A stretch of DNA of 64,000 nucleotides from a virus (Duplodnaviria > Heunggongvirae > Uroviricota > Caudoviricetes). The notes under the pieces are model-generated. The model did not search any database, was not told the DNA's origin, and worked only from the letters and a program-made list of their open reading frames with translations. The stretch lies in IMG/VR virus record IMGVR_UViG_3300028584_001240; one strand, given 5' to 3'. A program made the position numbers and the translations under genes. Below, in pieces: positions 40,682 through 51,130 of this stretch (positions are counted from its first letter, which is position 1; the number at the start of each line of letters is the position of its first letter).

Positions 40682-41839
40682 TTATTTTTTGTTGATAATA
40701 CCACCCACCGAAATCAGTTCATCATTGTGATAGATAAACGGCATATCTTCACGCAACCATGTTGGAACCTTTAATTCACTAAACAATTTCTTAACCTCTT
40801 TATGGATGTTACCTTGTTTAATAGTGGCTCCATTCACACGATTTTTGACAACAACTTCATTAACGGGAATATCAAAACCAGCGTCAGTAAGAATACGAGC
40901 AATGTCATAGTCCTTTTTTTCTTTTTTAACGAAATGCAGTTCACCATTATAACGAGTAATGAAATAGTTCTTTTGTTCCCACTTCATTTTAGCGTCATCA
41001 CGGGCTGGAATGATTTCATTGAAAATAGTATTCAACATGTTTTGAGAAGCTGACTGACCAATATGATTAGCCACCCACTTACGAACAATTTGAACTTGCT
41101 CATAATCATTAACTTCTTGCAATGCTTGAATACTGATAGTGTCTGATTCGGTATCAAAAATTTTTACATTATTGTCGATATACTGTTTTGCATTCTGAAT
41201 ATGTTCAACACTGTTGCAAATAGATGCAGACGCATTCTTCCAACGAGTTTTAAGCAGTGGAACAACTTCGTTTCGAATGAAATTACGGTCATATACACTG
41301 TCTTTGTTACTTTCGTCTTCAACCCACTGCAGACCTTCGGAAACTGCATATTCTGTTAGTTCTTCTTTTCCAATAGACAAGAAAGGGCGACCATGAAAAC
41401 CTTTACCAAACGATTTGATTTCAGGCATAGATGACAAACCATCCAGACCAGCACCACGCATAAGGTTCAACATGAAGGTTTCAACCTGATCATCCATATG
41501 ATGCCCAGTCACAAGAACAGTGCGATCATTCATAACGCTTTCAAAGGCACCATAGCGAGCTTTTCGAGCTTTGTCTTCAAGATTGCTTTCACCCAACAGG
41601 TTAAACTTTTCAAATTTGAAGGCTACGGAAAGCGACTGTGCCGTAGTAGAGCAGAAGTCTTTCCACGTTTTAGCATTATCAGAAATACCATGATTGACAT
41701 GAAATGCAATAACCTTTTCTGGAACGATTTTAGCGAAGGTATGAAGAAGCACTTGACTATCAACACCACCACTGTATGCGATGACATAGTTATCAAAATC
41801 GTATTTAGCGATAAATTGTTTTACAAGTTGCTCAATCAT
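40682..41839 (-). CDS. tilS: tRNA(Ile)-lysidine synthetase
   Basis: AYSGGVDS PP-loop, HVNHG, ARKARY, HHMDDQVET, DESN...RNFIR, C-terminal KVPTWLR. Confidence 0.95.
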   Translation of the reverse strand: MIEQLVKQFIAKYDFDNYVIAYSGGVDSQVLLHTFAKIVPEKVIAFHVNHGISDNAKTWKDFCSTTAQSLSVAFKFEKFNLLGESNLEDKARKARYGAFESVMNDRTVLVTGHHMDDQVETFMLNLMRGAGLDGLSSMPEIKSFGKGFHGRPFLSIGKEELTEYAVSEGLQWVEDESNKDSVYDRNFIRNEVVPLLKTRWKNASASICNSVEHIQNAKQYIDNNVKIFDTESDTISIQALQEVNDYEQVQIVRKWVANHIGQSASQNMLNTIFNEIIPARDDAKMKWEQKNYFITRYNGELHFVKKEKKDYDIARILTDAGFDIPVNEVVVKNRVNGATIKQGNIHKEVKKLFSELKVPTWLREDMPFIYHNDELISVGGIINKK

Positions 41840-41894
41840 GAATAATATCCTTACCGTTTAAGTGAGGCTATTATAACAAAAAATAGGGGATAGT

Positions 41895-42548
41895 TCAATA
41901 AGTAATTGCGTCAACCATCCATGAATATGCTTCAAAGTTATTGATAAGATCTTCTATATCATGAAAACCTTCATAAACTCTTGGACGGCGTTCAATATCA
42001 TGAAACAACATTTTCTTAAAAGCAGTATCAGCATACGCTGGAGCTTTCAAGTCTAAAATAGTACTTAATTTGAAAACAGATGGTCTGTGGTAAAGCATAC
42101 CATTCTTATCAACAGACAAGATCACCTCAAACTCAGGCACTTCTCTATTGCTCCATGCTCGTTGATGAAACATAAAGTATATTTTAAACATCTTCACTGT
42201 TGATAGAATATCAAAGTGTTCCATTAGTAATGAAATCATTGGATGCTTTGATTCTTTATTGAGATCATTGAAATCAATTTCGTAATAGACTTCATTGTGA
42301 TATTTTAGTGCAGGCGTAGGCAATTCATGTTTGATGAGTTGATTTTTTTCATTAAAATCACCAACCAAATAGATATGTTTATCTAAAAAATAGGACTCTG
42401 CACAATCTTCATAATAAAGATAGTCATCTTCTGTACAGCCATGTATCTCTAAATAACCCCAGTAGGAATCTTTTTCAATAAGCTGCTTTTCTACATTGTC
42501 ATTATGCAGTTCCATTAGACTGATGTATTTACGATACCCCTTCCCCAT
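41895..42548 (-). CDS. Hypothetical protein (variant tag, NNFEAYSWMVDAITY)
   Basis: 217-aa ORF, AGGAG RBS. Confidence 0.75.
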   Translation of the reverse strand: MGKGYRKYISLMELHNDNVEKQLIEKDSYWGYLEIHGCTEDDYLYYEDCAESYFLDKHIYLVGDFNEKNQLIKHELPTPALKYHNEVYYEIDFNDLNKESKHPMISLLMEHFDILSTVKMFKIYFMFHQRAWSNREVPEFEVILSVDKNGMLYHRPSVFKLSTILDLKAPAYADTAFKKMLFHDIERRPRVYEGFHDIEDLINNFEAYSWMVDAITY

Positions 42549-42613
42549 TTAAAATCTCCTAAAGAAAAACACCAAAGGGTATTGGTGTTTTCATGAACTG
42601 AATTGCAGATTAA

Positions 42614-42931
42614 TTATTCTGCGAGTGCAATCTTTTGGTGTAGCTTGCCTTTTTGTTTCTCTTTGAGCTTTTTGAGCTTAATCAAAACTTTGTTTGTAGC
42701 GTCTGTAATAGAGTGATACATGTCTTCACTTGAACATGAAACCACAACGTCTTCGGTATTTGGAACCGACACTTTAAATTCAGCCACGAACTTAAATTTG
42801 TCTTTTTTAAGGAAGACATCGACTCGTGTGATTTTATCATGTTGATGTTGAATCTTGGCTAGATGACCATTGATGTGAGAGCTTAGAGCTTCGGTTACTT
42901 CGAAATCTGTAGAATGGATACTTTTAATCAT
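42614..42931 (-). CDS. hpf: Ribosome hibernation promoting factor (HPF/RaiA)
   Basis: FEVTEAL..HI..., DMYHSI......KV..KLKKLKEK. Confidence 0.85.
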   Translation of the reverse strand: MIKSIHSTDFEVTEALSSHINGHLAKIQHQHDKITRVDVFLKKDKFKFVAEFKVSVPNTEDVVVSCSSEDMYHSITDATNKVLIKLKKLKEKQKGKLHQKIALAE

Positions 42932-43067
42932 AATCAACTCCTATAATTAAACTAAAACAGACAAGATTGCCTCATCTGTTTTCGTATCTTAACAGAGAAG
43001 CCGCAAAAAAGCAACCACTAAAAAAAAGAAAAGCACCACTAAGGTGCTTACTATTTTATCTTATTGT

Positions 43068-43253
43068 TTACTTATCTCTTTTATTAGCTCTTTTTATAGC
43101 TTCCTTCTTCCTTAGAACTTTTAGTTCTGTTTCAGGAATATAAAATTCATGTTTCTTATAATCTTGAATTATCTTAGCTTTGTCACAAGCTTTTTTAAAT
43201 CTACGAAGGGCAAATTCAATTCTTTCGTTAGGTTTGAGTATTATTTTTGGCAT
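43068..43253 (-). CDS. rpsU: Ribosomal protein bS21
   Basis: MPKI...NERIEFALRRFKKACDKA...HEFY.P. Confidence 0.9.
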   Translation of the reverse strand: MPKIILKPNERIEFALRRFKKACDKAKIIQDYKKHEFYIPETELKVLRKKEAIKRANKRDK

Positions 43254-43451
43254 TATGATATCCTATTCTTTTCAAGTCCATTTATTATATTATACCATAT
43301 CAATTAAAATATTATAAGTCAATAACAACAATTCCTATTTGTATATATTGAATAATCCATCATTAGACGAATGACTATTATTTTACTCCTGTTTAATATA
43401 GATTTTTTAAGATTAAACTGTTAAAATACTAAACAATTTAGGAGAATATTA

Positions 43452-43838
43452 ATGACTAAAATTACAGTAGAAAATTTACTGGCTGAATTAAGTGCCAATG
43501 ACCTCAGTCCAAGAGACAAACAAAGAACAGTCAATATTGTGGTAGTCAATGAAGGCACAATGGGGGCTACACCTACCGTTAATGTCAAACAAGCCAGTTT
43601 TGGTTTTGATTGGGATTCCCAAATGTTTATGCTGTTTCCAGAACAACCACTCACTACACTGACCCGAGAAGAAATTGAAGACATCTCTAAAAGTGTCAAT
43701 AATACACAATCCTTTCATACACGCCAACTCCTTAAAGAGAACTATGAAAGAGAGAAGACATTAAGAGAATTTATAAAAAATCTTGACAAAAGTGTGATGA
43801 CTGATGAGCAAAAAGAATTCATTAGCCAATTGAGGTAG
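43452..43838 (+). CDS. Hypothetical protein
   Basis: AGGAG RBS; terminator at about 43856-43882. Confidence 0.75.
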   Translation: MTKITVENLLAELSANDLSPRDKQRTVNIVVVNEGTMGATPTVNVKQASFGFDWDSQMFMLFPEQPLTTLTREEIEDISKSVNNTQSFHTRQLLKENYEREKTLREFIKNLDKSVMTDEQKEFISQLR

Positions 43839-43898
43839 TTTTAAAAGAGTAAAAAGAAAAGAGCTTTGATAGCTCTTTTTTTTGTTTTTGTTAACGTG

Positions 43899-44507
43899 TT
43901 ACGTCATTTTTAACATTTCGAATAGTGTTAAATTAGCTTCTGTTAAATCTTCCATACTTTGAATATGAAGATCTTTAAAACAGGTTTTAACAAATTCTTT
44001 ATTGCCTTTTAAGACTTCCATAATAATAAGATTCATCAAAGGCGTATCTTTATAATCTAATGTAATATCAAAAATCTTCTCCATAAAGAAATGGTTAAAG
44101 AATTCGTTCAATTGATCGTTAAGTAAAATACTGTCACTGTGGTCATACCAAAAATATTTGGAATCTAATAAAGCTCCATTCACGGCATAATTATTCAAAG
44201 TCTTAGTAGGCTTGCCATATGTATTTGCATTTTTATAGTAGATAAGGACAGGTTGTCCTGTAAACGAGTACGTTATCTGAGCTGGAAGATCATATTCACT
44301 TTCTTTACGGTCAGATGAGTTTTTGTTGAATTTTTTAATAATACTATTACTGCCATCGTCATTCACAATAAACGTAAAACTGTCATAAATATAATGAATG
44401 TTAAAATGAGTTTGTAGAAAAGACACGATGCCATATTTTTCTATGTCTTCGGGTAATAGAACGGAGTAGCTTTCTGCGATAAAATATTCATAATCTTCTT
44501 TATTCAT
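43899..44507 (-). CDS. Hypothetical protein with extended tag (DLTEANLTLFEMLKMT)
   Basis: 202-aa ORF. Confidence 0.75.
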   Translation of the reverse strand: MNKEDYEYFIAESYSVLLPEDIEKYGIVSFLQTHFNIHYIYDSFTFIVNDDGSNSIIKKFNKNSSDRKESEYDLPAQITYSFTGQPVLIYYKNANTYGKPTKTLNNYAVNGALLDSKYFWYDHSDSILLNDQLNEFFNHFFMEKIFDITLDYKDTPLMNLIIMEVLKGNKEFVKTCFKDLHIQSMEDLTEANLTLFEMLKMT

Positions 44508-44596
44508 ATATCACCTATTGTTGTACCTATAATATACACACTAGCTGACTAAATCAAGACATTAACTCCAAACGGTATCAAAATAGAAAATATAGT

Positions 44597-44884
44597 TTAG
44601 ATTTCGGATAAAGATTCGCTCTCCATCAATTTTTTGACTATCTGCTTTACTATCAATACAAAATCATCGTTTAAAATGTCTTTTACAATCAACTTATCAA
44701 AATAAATTTTGTCTAAATCAAGTAAAGCCGAAATGCTAACCTCATTGCCACTCAAATAGTATTTGAAATCCCATAGCAAACCCTTCGAATTCTCGAAGTC
44801 ATCTAATCCAGAATAATCATCAAGATTTAATACGAATGCTTCACTCGTTTCCGCAATTTTAGCATAATTATCTAACATATTCAA
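44597..44884 (-). CDS. Hypothetical protein
   Basis: 95-aa ORF. Confidence 0.55.
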   Translation of the reverse strand: MNMLDNYAKIAETSEAFVLNLDDYSGLDDFENSKGLLWDFKYYLSGNEVSISALLDLDKIYFDKLIVKDILNDDFVLIVKQIVKKLMESESLSEI

Positions 44885-45079
44885 ATCATTGTTTTGTTAT
44901 ATCTTAACACCATTTTTATATAAATCAAGAAAAACCCTGTTTTTGTTGGATTTTATGAAAAATGAATGGAAAATTTAGAGGTTTTCTTAATTTTTCTAAA
45001 TTGATATATTTTTAAATAACCATATTTCAAAGAACACAAAAAGAGACATCAGCCTCTTATATTTGTTAAATAAATAATT

Positions 45080-45829
45080 TCAATTAATTTCAGTAATTTT
45101 AATAATGAAAAATCTGCTTTCACGAGTTTTGTTATCAACTCCAGCGTCTTTAACATCACTTGATAAGATCGTATATTCATTAATATTCAATAATGATGAT
45201 TGCTGGAATGAATTACTCATGCCACTGCGTTCTTTACCAATGTTATCTTTAACAGATTCATCACTTGTACCATATTCTGTATTAACGTCACCTTTAACAA
45301 ATAATTGCATAGATTTATCACCCAAACGATCTAAATAGAATTCAAATTTATAAGCGTTTGCACTTTCTATTGATTTGTAAGCACTAGTAATTGAAGTGTT
45401 TTTAAGATCTTGTTTTCTTGTTTCTACCACATATCTTCGAGTATACGAATTATCAAAGTTAACTTGTTTATTAGTTGCCACCTTAGTGAAATTGAAAACA
45501 TTTGTTTCTTGAACCTTACCCAATGATTGAAAGAAGGAATCTAGTTTCATCTGGTCACCAGTAGCCTTAACGCCTTTGTCAATCTCATCAAATGACTTCT
45601 TAACATTTTGGACAATAACCTCTTGAACTTCAACATTAACAAAGCTGTTTTCAGTTTTCACAATGTTAATATATTGATCTTCTAGTCTTTTCAAGCTAAG
45701 AGCCATTTTCATCTTCTCTTCTGACTCCTTCATATCGGCCATATCTGCATTTTCTGGAATATCCCCAGCAAACACAAAATTTGACGCCATGACTAAACAC
45801 AATGGTAATGCTTTTAAATAATCCTTCAT
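45080..45829 (-). CDS. Secreted hypothetical protein
   Basis: Signal peptide ending VFA; AGGAG RBS. Confidence 0.75.
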   Translation of the reverse strand: MKDYLKALPLCLVMASNFVFAGDIPENADMADMKESEEKMKMALSLKRLEDQYINIVKTENSFVNVEVQEVIVQNVKKSFDEIDKGVKATGDQMKLDSFFQSLGKVQETNVFNFTKVATNKQVNFDNSYTRRYVVETRKQDLKNTSITSAYKSIESANAYKFEFYLDRLGDKSMQLFVKGDVNTEYGTSDESVKDNIGKERSGMSNSFQQSSLLNINEYTILSSDVKDAGVDNKTRESRFFIIKITEIN

Positions 45830-45951
45830 CGAATATCTCCTATTTATAATATCTTAACAATCTATCACCATAGAAATTGTTGTCAAATTCAATGCATAAA
45901 TGCATATAATAGTGGAACAAAAAAGAGGCCCAAGCCCCTTTAAATTATTTT

Positions 45952-46803
45952 TTAAATATAATATTTTTCATAATTTGCTAAATATCGAAATAACATATTT
46001 TTTTGTATCAAGAATTTTTTTAATAAAGCAGTATTTGTAATTAAACTTTCCTTATAAGCTACTCCCTTAGTTAACAAGGTAACGAAAGACGAAAAAGCTG
46101 ATGGAGACATATCATAACCAACCATTCGAACAATTAAATCCATATATGGATATTCACCACAATAATCTGCTGATTCAAAATCTTCTGTGCCAATAAATTC
46201 TGAATCATATAGAGGTTTAGCATATTTATTTATTTCATTTAAATTTTCTTTTAACGTTCTTGGCGTTCTATATTTATAATCTAAGGCAGCTTCTTCAACT
46301 ATTTCTTTGTTTTTCTCAACTATTTTGGAAAGAAAGCTTTCTTTCCACAAAAATATTAAATCTATTTTGTATACATCAGCCGTTCTATTGTTATGAGCTT
46401 TCACAGTTAAATATAAGTTGTCACATGATAAAGATTTTTCAGTGGAATATTCTTTAATTAAATATCCTTTCTCTTGTAAAAGTTCTTTTATATTAGCTGG
46501 TCTATATTCTTTATCTTTACAAAATGATGTTAACGTTGTATATCCTTTAATTTTTTTATAATCACTCTCTAAATAATTCATCAAAGCACTTGAAAAAGAA
46601 ACAATTTTAGCATTTTGAACCTTCAATGGTTCTTTTGAACAAGATTTTTTTATAATTTTTTTTAATTCACTTTTCACTGTGTTTTTGTTAAAATTTGCAT
46701 TCAAATTGTTAAATATTTCGTCAAAATCAAAAAAACTTGCATTTAAACGTCTTTCAAGTATTTCATAAAAATATGTAAATTTATCATAATTTAATTTTAT
46801 CAT
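45952..46803 (-). CDS. Hypothetical protein, very AT-rich
   Basis: 283-aa ORF. Confidence 0.7.
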   Translation of the reverse strand: MIKLNYDKFTYFYEILERRLNASFFDFDEIFNNLNANFNKNTVKSELKKIIKKSCSKEPLKVQNAKIVSFSSALMNYLESDYKKIKGYTTLTSFCKDKEYRPANIKELLQEKGYLIKEYSTEKSLSCDNLYLTVKAHNNRTADVYKIDLIFLWKESFLSKIVEKNKEIVEEAALDYKYRTPRTLKENLNEINKYAKPLYDSEFIGTEDFESADYCGEYPYMDLIVRMVGYDMSPSAFSSFVTLLTKGVAYKESLITNTALLKKFLIQKNMLFRYLANYEKYYI

Positions 46804-47010
46804 TTGTTTGTTCCTATTTAATATTTAATTGTAGATATATCGTAATTAAATTATAAGAAATAAAAAACCACTTGCAATAGCGATTTTTATGTCATACATT
46901 AGCATTGCTGCGTTATTCTATTTTGTGTTGAATTATATTGATAAAACAATAATAATGTTTTTTTAAATTTATTTAGAAGTAAAATAACAAAGAGGTCGAA
47001 GCCCCTTTTT

Positions 47011-47268
47011 TTACCACGATACATATAGTGGGATTTCATCACCATATTCGATGGCTAATTTTTCTTTGATAATCTTAATATCATCGTCATCACTTTCTTC
47101 TGGTCTGGTATCAAAGGTAATAAAGCTTCCATTGTCCGGTTCATAAGCATCAACAAACCAATGCCACAAGTTCATGAAAGATACTTCAAGATTGTATTTT
47201 TCTTCAACATAGTCAAACAATGACATCAGGTCAAAATATTCTTTTTTTGCTGCAACTGGCTTTTCCAT
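47011..47268 (-). CDS. Hypothetical protein
   Basis: Last gene of a coupled operon; terminator at about 46989-47012. Confidence 0.7.
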   Translation of the reverse strand: MEKPVAAKKEYFDLMSLFDYVEEKYNLEVSFMNLWHWFVDAYEPDNGSFITFDTRPEESDDDDIKIIKEKLAIEYGDEIPLYVSW

Positions 47269-47777
47269 TAATAAGTCCTCTTATAGTTTCTATCGTATGG
47301 CCCAAGGTTGTGTGGTTTTTCTTCAAAACTCTTTGTTGCGTCTACTAAACGTTGTTCAAAGACAACTTTTAAATCATCATCCAGTTCTATGTCATTCTTG
47401 TTATTTTTTATAATATTAAGTACTGCCTGATCAACTAAACTGTTATTATGAATAGAATTCGGATCTTGATAGTCAAATGGTGGCGTAATCTTCATAACAA
47501 CACCCAGTTCAGCGAGTTCATGTCCAATTCTGTTAAAATCTAATGCAGCCATAACTGTAACATATTTAATTTCATTTCTTTCTAACACATCAAGAATTCG
47601 TCGGGCTGAGATAGGGTTGCAACTCACATCCATCAACAGATCTAGAAAGAGTTTATAATCATTGGGAATACCTTCGAAAGATAAGCCAACGCCCATATAT
47701 TCTGGATAGTCCCATTCACCTTGATAGAAATCTTCAAATTTAAGTCGTCTACTCATCATTCCCCCATACTTTAACAT
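47268..47777 (-). CDS. Hypothetical protein
   Basis: Overlap-coupled; true start probably at MMSRR. Confidence 0.7.
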   Translation of the reverse strand: MLKYGGMMSRRLKFEDFYQGEWDYPEYMGVGLSFEGIPNDYKLFLDLLMDVSCNPISARRILDVLERNEIKYVTVMAALDFNRIGHELAELGVVMKITPPFDYQDPNSIHNNSLVDQAVLNIIKNNKNDIELDDDLKVVFEQRLVDATKSFEEKPHNLGPYDRNYKRTY

Positions 47778-48144
47778 TGACAGTTAACTGTCCCAATGAA
47801 TATCCATTGCGGTCCCCACCTAAACAAATAGGATCACCAAATTTGAAATCGGATATTGTTTTAATGTCTGATTTTCTTTTCGTCAAATTGTTTTGTATTG
47901 CTGAATTCATGAGAATATCTAGAAAAAAAATAGAATTATCACTTTCTTGAACAGTAAGCACATGCTTTTTTAAGAAACATGCCATTGCTTCGAAGTTGAT
48001 TGGCAACTGAGGTTCTGCTGATTGATATCCATATACACCATCAAAACCAATACACAAAGCTGCTGATGGAAATCTATTGTTATCTTCTTCAACATAAAAC
48101 AACATCATCTCTTTCTTAAACCGATTCACTTCTTTTTGAAACAT
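47749..48144 (-). CDS. Hypothetical protein, paralog of 48148..48507
   Basis: KEMMxFYV, FDGV, LTVxES, ISDFKFG, LGQL shared. Confidence 0.8.
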   Translation of the reverse strand: MFQKEVNRFKKEMMLFYVEEDNNRFPSAALCIGFDGVYGYQSAEPQLPINFEAMACFLKKHVLTVQESDNSIFFLDILMNSAIQNNLTKRKSDIKTISDFKFGDPICLGGDRNGYSLGQLTVNVKVWGNDE

Positions 48145-48147
48145 CAG

Positions 48148-48507
48148 TCAGCCCTCATTAATATTAACTAATAGCTGACCTAACGCATTTCCAAAATTGC
48201 CAGCACCTAAATAAACATACTCACCAAACTTAAAATCAGAAATTCTTTTAATCTTTGTATCCTTTGGTAATGTTTCCATAATGACATCATGAAAAAACAT
48301 AACATGCGAGCTTTCAATAACCGTAAGTATATTTGTTTTTAAGAATTCAGTAATATCTTCAAAGGTTTTAGGAAGATGTTCCATAGCATGAGAATAAGAA
48401 CTTACGCCATCAAATGCAACACAATAAGCATGGTCAGTTCCCATACGGCCAGAATTTAGTTGTTCGGAAACATAAAAAACCATCATTTCTTTTTGAATCA
48501 TAGCCAC
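48148..48507 (-). CDS. Hypothetical protein, paralog of 47749..48144
   Basis: Same motifs as 47749..48144. Confidence 0.8.
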   Translation of the reverse strand: MAMIQKEMMVFYVSEQLNSGRMGTDHAYCVAFDGVSSYSHAMEHLPKTFEDITEFLKTNILTVIESSHVMFFHDVIMETLPKDTKIKRISDFKFGEYVYLGAGNFGNALGQLLVNINEG

Positions 48508-48594
48508 CTCTCAAATCAATCACGTTAGCATACCAGAACCTTTTTGAAAGATCAACAAAAAAGAGGCCGAAGCCCCTTTTTTCTACTTTAAAAA

Positions 48595-50268
48595 TCAATA
48601 CTGAACAGCAACAATAGGGATTTGGCGACCTACACCAAACGCTCTATATTGCACACGAATGATAGGTGGTGCTTGATGACGTTTGAATTCTGAGTTGTGA
48701 ACCAAACGAACCACCTTATCAATCACTTCTTGCTTAACATCTTTCAACAGAGCAAGCTCTTCAAGACGTTCTTTCTCATCCAAATAATCATGTTCAATAT
48801 ACAAACGCAAGATGGCGTCAAGCACTGGGTATTCTGGCAGCAAATCGCTGTCTACTTGACCCGGAAACAATTCTGCAGAAGGTTCTTTTACAATAATCGC
48901 TTCTGGAATAATCTCAACACCATGCAATTCGTTGTAGTAACGAGACAGTGCATACACTTGCATTTTATACAAGTCACCAATCAAGTTCAAACCACCGTTA
49001 GTATCACCATACAATGTGCAGAAACCAACCGACAGTTCTGACTTGTTACCTGTTGAAAGAACGATAGCACCTGTGTTGTTAGAGTATTCCATCAAGATAC
49101 GTCCACGAATACGTGATTGAATGTTTTCGATGGTTACTTTTTTAGGATCTTCACCAAAGCTCTTTTTAAATTCTTCAACAGTCACATCAAAATCTCGACC
49201 GATTGGACGGGTATACAGTTTCACACCCAAGTTATTACAAAGGATAACGGAGTCATCCACACTACCACTTGATGAGTAATGCGACGGCATAGTAATTGCT
49301 TTAACGTTTTCAGCCCCAAGAGCATCCACAGCAAGAGCTAGTGTCAAAGCACTATCAATACCGCCAGATGAGCCAACCACGACACTGGTAAAGCCACACT
49401 TGCCGATATAGTCACGAAGTCCCATCACAGTTTGTTTGTAAAAGAGTTCATTGGCAGTTGGAAACTTGCTGACCTTGTGTTGTGAAATGTATTCAAGGTT
49501 ATCCATTTCAACTACGGAGACTTGTTCCGAAAAGAATTCAAGGTGACCACTGAGAATACCTTTATTGTTCATGATGAAACTAGCCCCATCAAAAACAATT
49601 TGGTCATTCGCACCTACTTGGTTCACATACACAAAGGGCACTTTCAAAATTTCTGAAACGGCTTTTGAAAAGACTTCAAGACGGTCTTCAGCTTTGTTAA
49701 TGTTACTTGGCGAAGCGTTAATGCTTACAACGAATTCTGGGTTCTGTGATTTAAGAGCCTTAACTGGGGAAGCATTATACATCTTATTAGGTGCAGAGTC
49801 ATCCCAACCATCTTCACAAATCAGCACACCCACACGATGACCATTCAAGTTAAAGACCATAGGCTGATCGGCACTACCTTCTTCAAAGTAACGTTTTTCG
49901 TCAAAGATATTGTAAGTAGGCAGCAATTGTTTGCGGTAGTTGAAAATTTGCTCGCCTTTACTGAATACAGCAAGGGAGTTAAAGAAACGTTTACCTGTTT
50001 CTGCAGAGTTATGTTCGATATAACCAATCATAATAGGGGTTTTAGCAGATTTAGACAGTTTTTTTACTTTATCGAAATAAACGTCCTGCATTTCCATGAA
50101 CTTGTCATTAAGGATAAGGTCGCGGGGGAAATAACCGCTGAGGCAGAGTTCTGTGAATGCCACCATCTCAACTTTTGCTTTCTTTTCAAGAACAGCATGT
50201 TCAATTTTAGCATAGTTGCCAGCGAAATCACCAATTTTATAGTTGAGTTGAGCGATTGCAATTTTCAT
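48595..50268 (-). CDS. nadE: Glutamine-dependent NAD+ synthetase
   Basis: Nitrilase-like N-domain (ELCLSGY, KQLLPTY, ICEDGW) plus SGGIDS, ENIQSRIRG, TGNKSE, PSAEL. Confidence 0.96.
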   Translation of the reverse strand: MKIAIAQLNYKIGDFAGNYAKIEHAVLEKKAKVEMVAFTELCLSGYFPRDLILNDKFMEMQDVYFDKVKKLSKSAKTPIMIGYIEHNSAETGKRFFNSLAVFSKGEQIFNYRKQLLPTYNIFDEKRYFEEGSADQPMVFNLNGHRVGVLICEDGWDDSAPNKMYNASPVKALKSQNPEFVVSINASPSNINKAEDRLEVFSKAVSEILKVPFVYVNQVGANDQIVFDGASFIMNNKGILSGHLEFFSEQVSVVEMDNLEYISQHKVSKFPTANELFYKQTVMGLRDYIGKCGFTSVVVGSSGGIDSALTLALAVDALGAENVKAITMPSHYSSSGSVDDSVILCNNLGVKLYTRPIGRDFDVTVEEFKKSFGEDPKKVTIENIQSRIRGRILMEYSNNTGAIVLSTGNKSELSVGFCTLYGDTNGGLNLIGDLYKMQVYALSRYYNELHGVEIIPEAIIVKEPSAELFPGQVDSDLLPEYPVLDAILRLYIEHDYLDEKERLEELALLKDVKQEVIDKVVRLVHNSEFKRHQAPPIIRVQYRAFGVGRQIPIVAVQY

Positions 50269-50329
50269 GATGGTGGAACTCCTTGATGTTTAATGACCCT
50301 ATTATACAAGACTTAATAGCAATAGTCAA

Positions 50330-51118
50330 CTAACTTATTAAAGCCATTTCAATAAGATTCTTATAACGTTCTTTATTTTCATTAAATTCAGTCATGCGAG
50401 GTAATTCAATATTGTGTTTCAGCATCAAGGTGTAATTGACTACAAATGAAATAATCTCTGTAAAGTCAGGTATATGATCAACATCAAATACAATAGCTGG
50501 TCGGTAATCTTCATATTGATGAGTAAATATATAGTTGTCATTATTCTTAGTAACCACCATATTGATATTGTTATTTAAATCTTGAATTTCTGTTATGCCA
50601 AGAACTTTCAAATTAATAACACTACTATTCAAAATAGACGTTTTAAAGTTATCAATAATGCAGACTACGCCATCTTGTTTAACAACTTTAAAAGTTATGC
50701 TCAAGTTTTCATTAAAATATACATCTGTATTATCGAATTTACATCGGTGAAAAACATTTTCTCCACGTAAATCAAATCCAAAATCACTTAGTGTTCTATC
50801 TTGCGGTTTATTTGGATTGCCGGAGTCGAGAATGTCATCAAAAATCATAGATAGTTTTTGCGTAACCTTGACAAAATCATTGATCGGCTGCTTATGAATA
50901 AAATCAAAAAATAAAATATTTGGTAAAAAATAACAAAGATTCGTTGGAATTTTTTCTAAATTCTCTACGGGTTCTTCAGATAACTTTCCTACATCAACGC
51001 CATCAATATAAACATGAACGACATCTTTGTAGTGGCTTTTAAGCTCAACTTTCGAGTCTGAGTTAATTAGTCTGCCAGACATCGCTGAAATGAAACCTTC
51101 CATTAAATTATTAATCAT
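50330..51118 (-). CDS. Hypothetical protein, family A, tag (LIEMALIS)
   Basis: Paralog of 51836 and 53163 (RL.N, VG.., YF.P...FF, DF.FDL, DxFK). Confidence 0.8.
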   Translation of the reverse strand: MINNLMEGFISAMSGRLINSDSKVELKSHYKDVVHVYIDGVDVGKLSEEPVENLEKIPTNLCYFLPNILFFDFIHKQPINDFVKVTQKLSMIFDDILDSGNPNKPQDRTLSDFGFDLRGENVFHRCKFDNTDVYFNENLSITFKVVKQDGVVCIIDNFKTSILNSSVINLKVLGITEIQDLNNNINMVVTKNNDNYIFTHQYEDYRPAIVFDVDHIPDFTEIISFVVNYTLMLKHNIELPRMTEFNENKERYKNLIEMALIS

Positions 51119-51130
51119 TTTATATTCCTA

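Noticed and set aside
45952-46803. Phage antirepressor (KilAC-like) call from LLQEKGYL
   Set aside because: A single short motif is insufficient.
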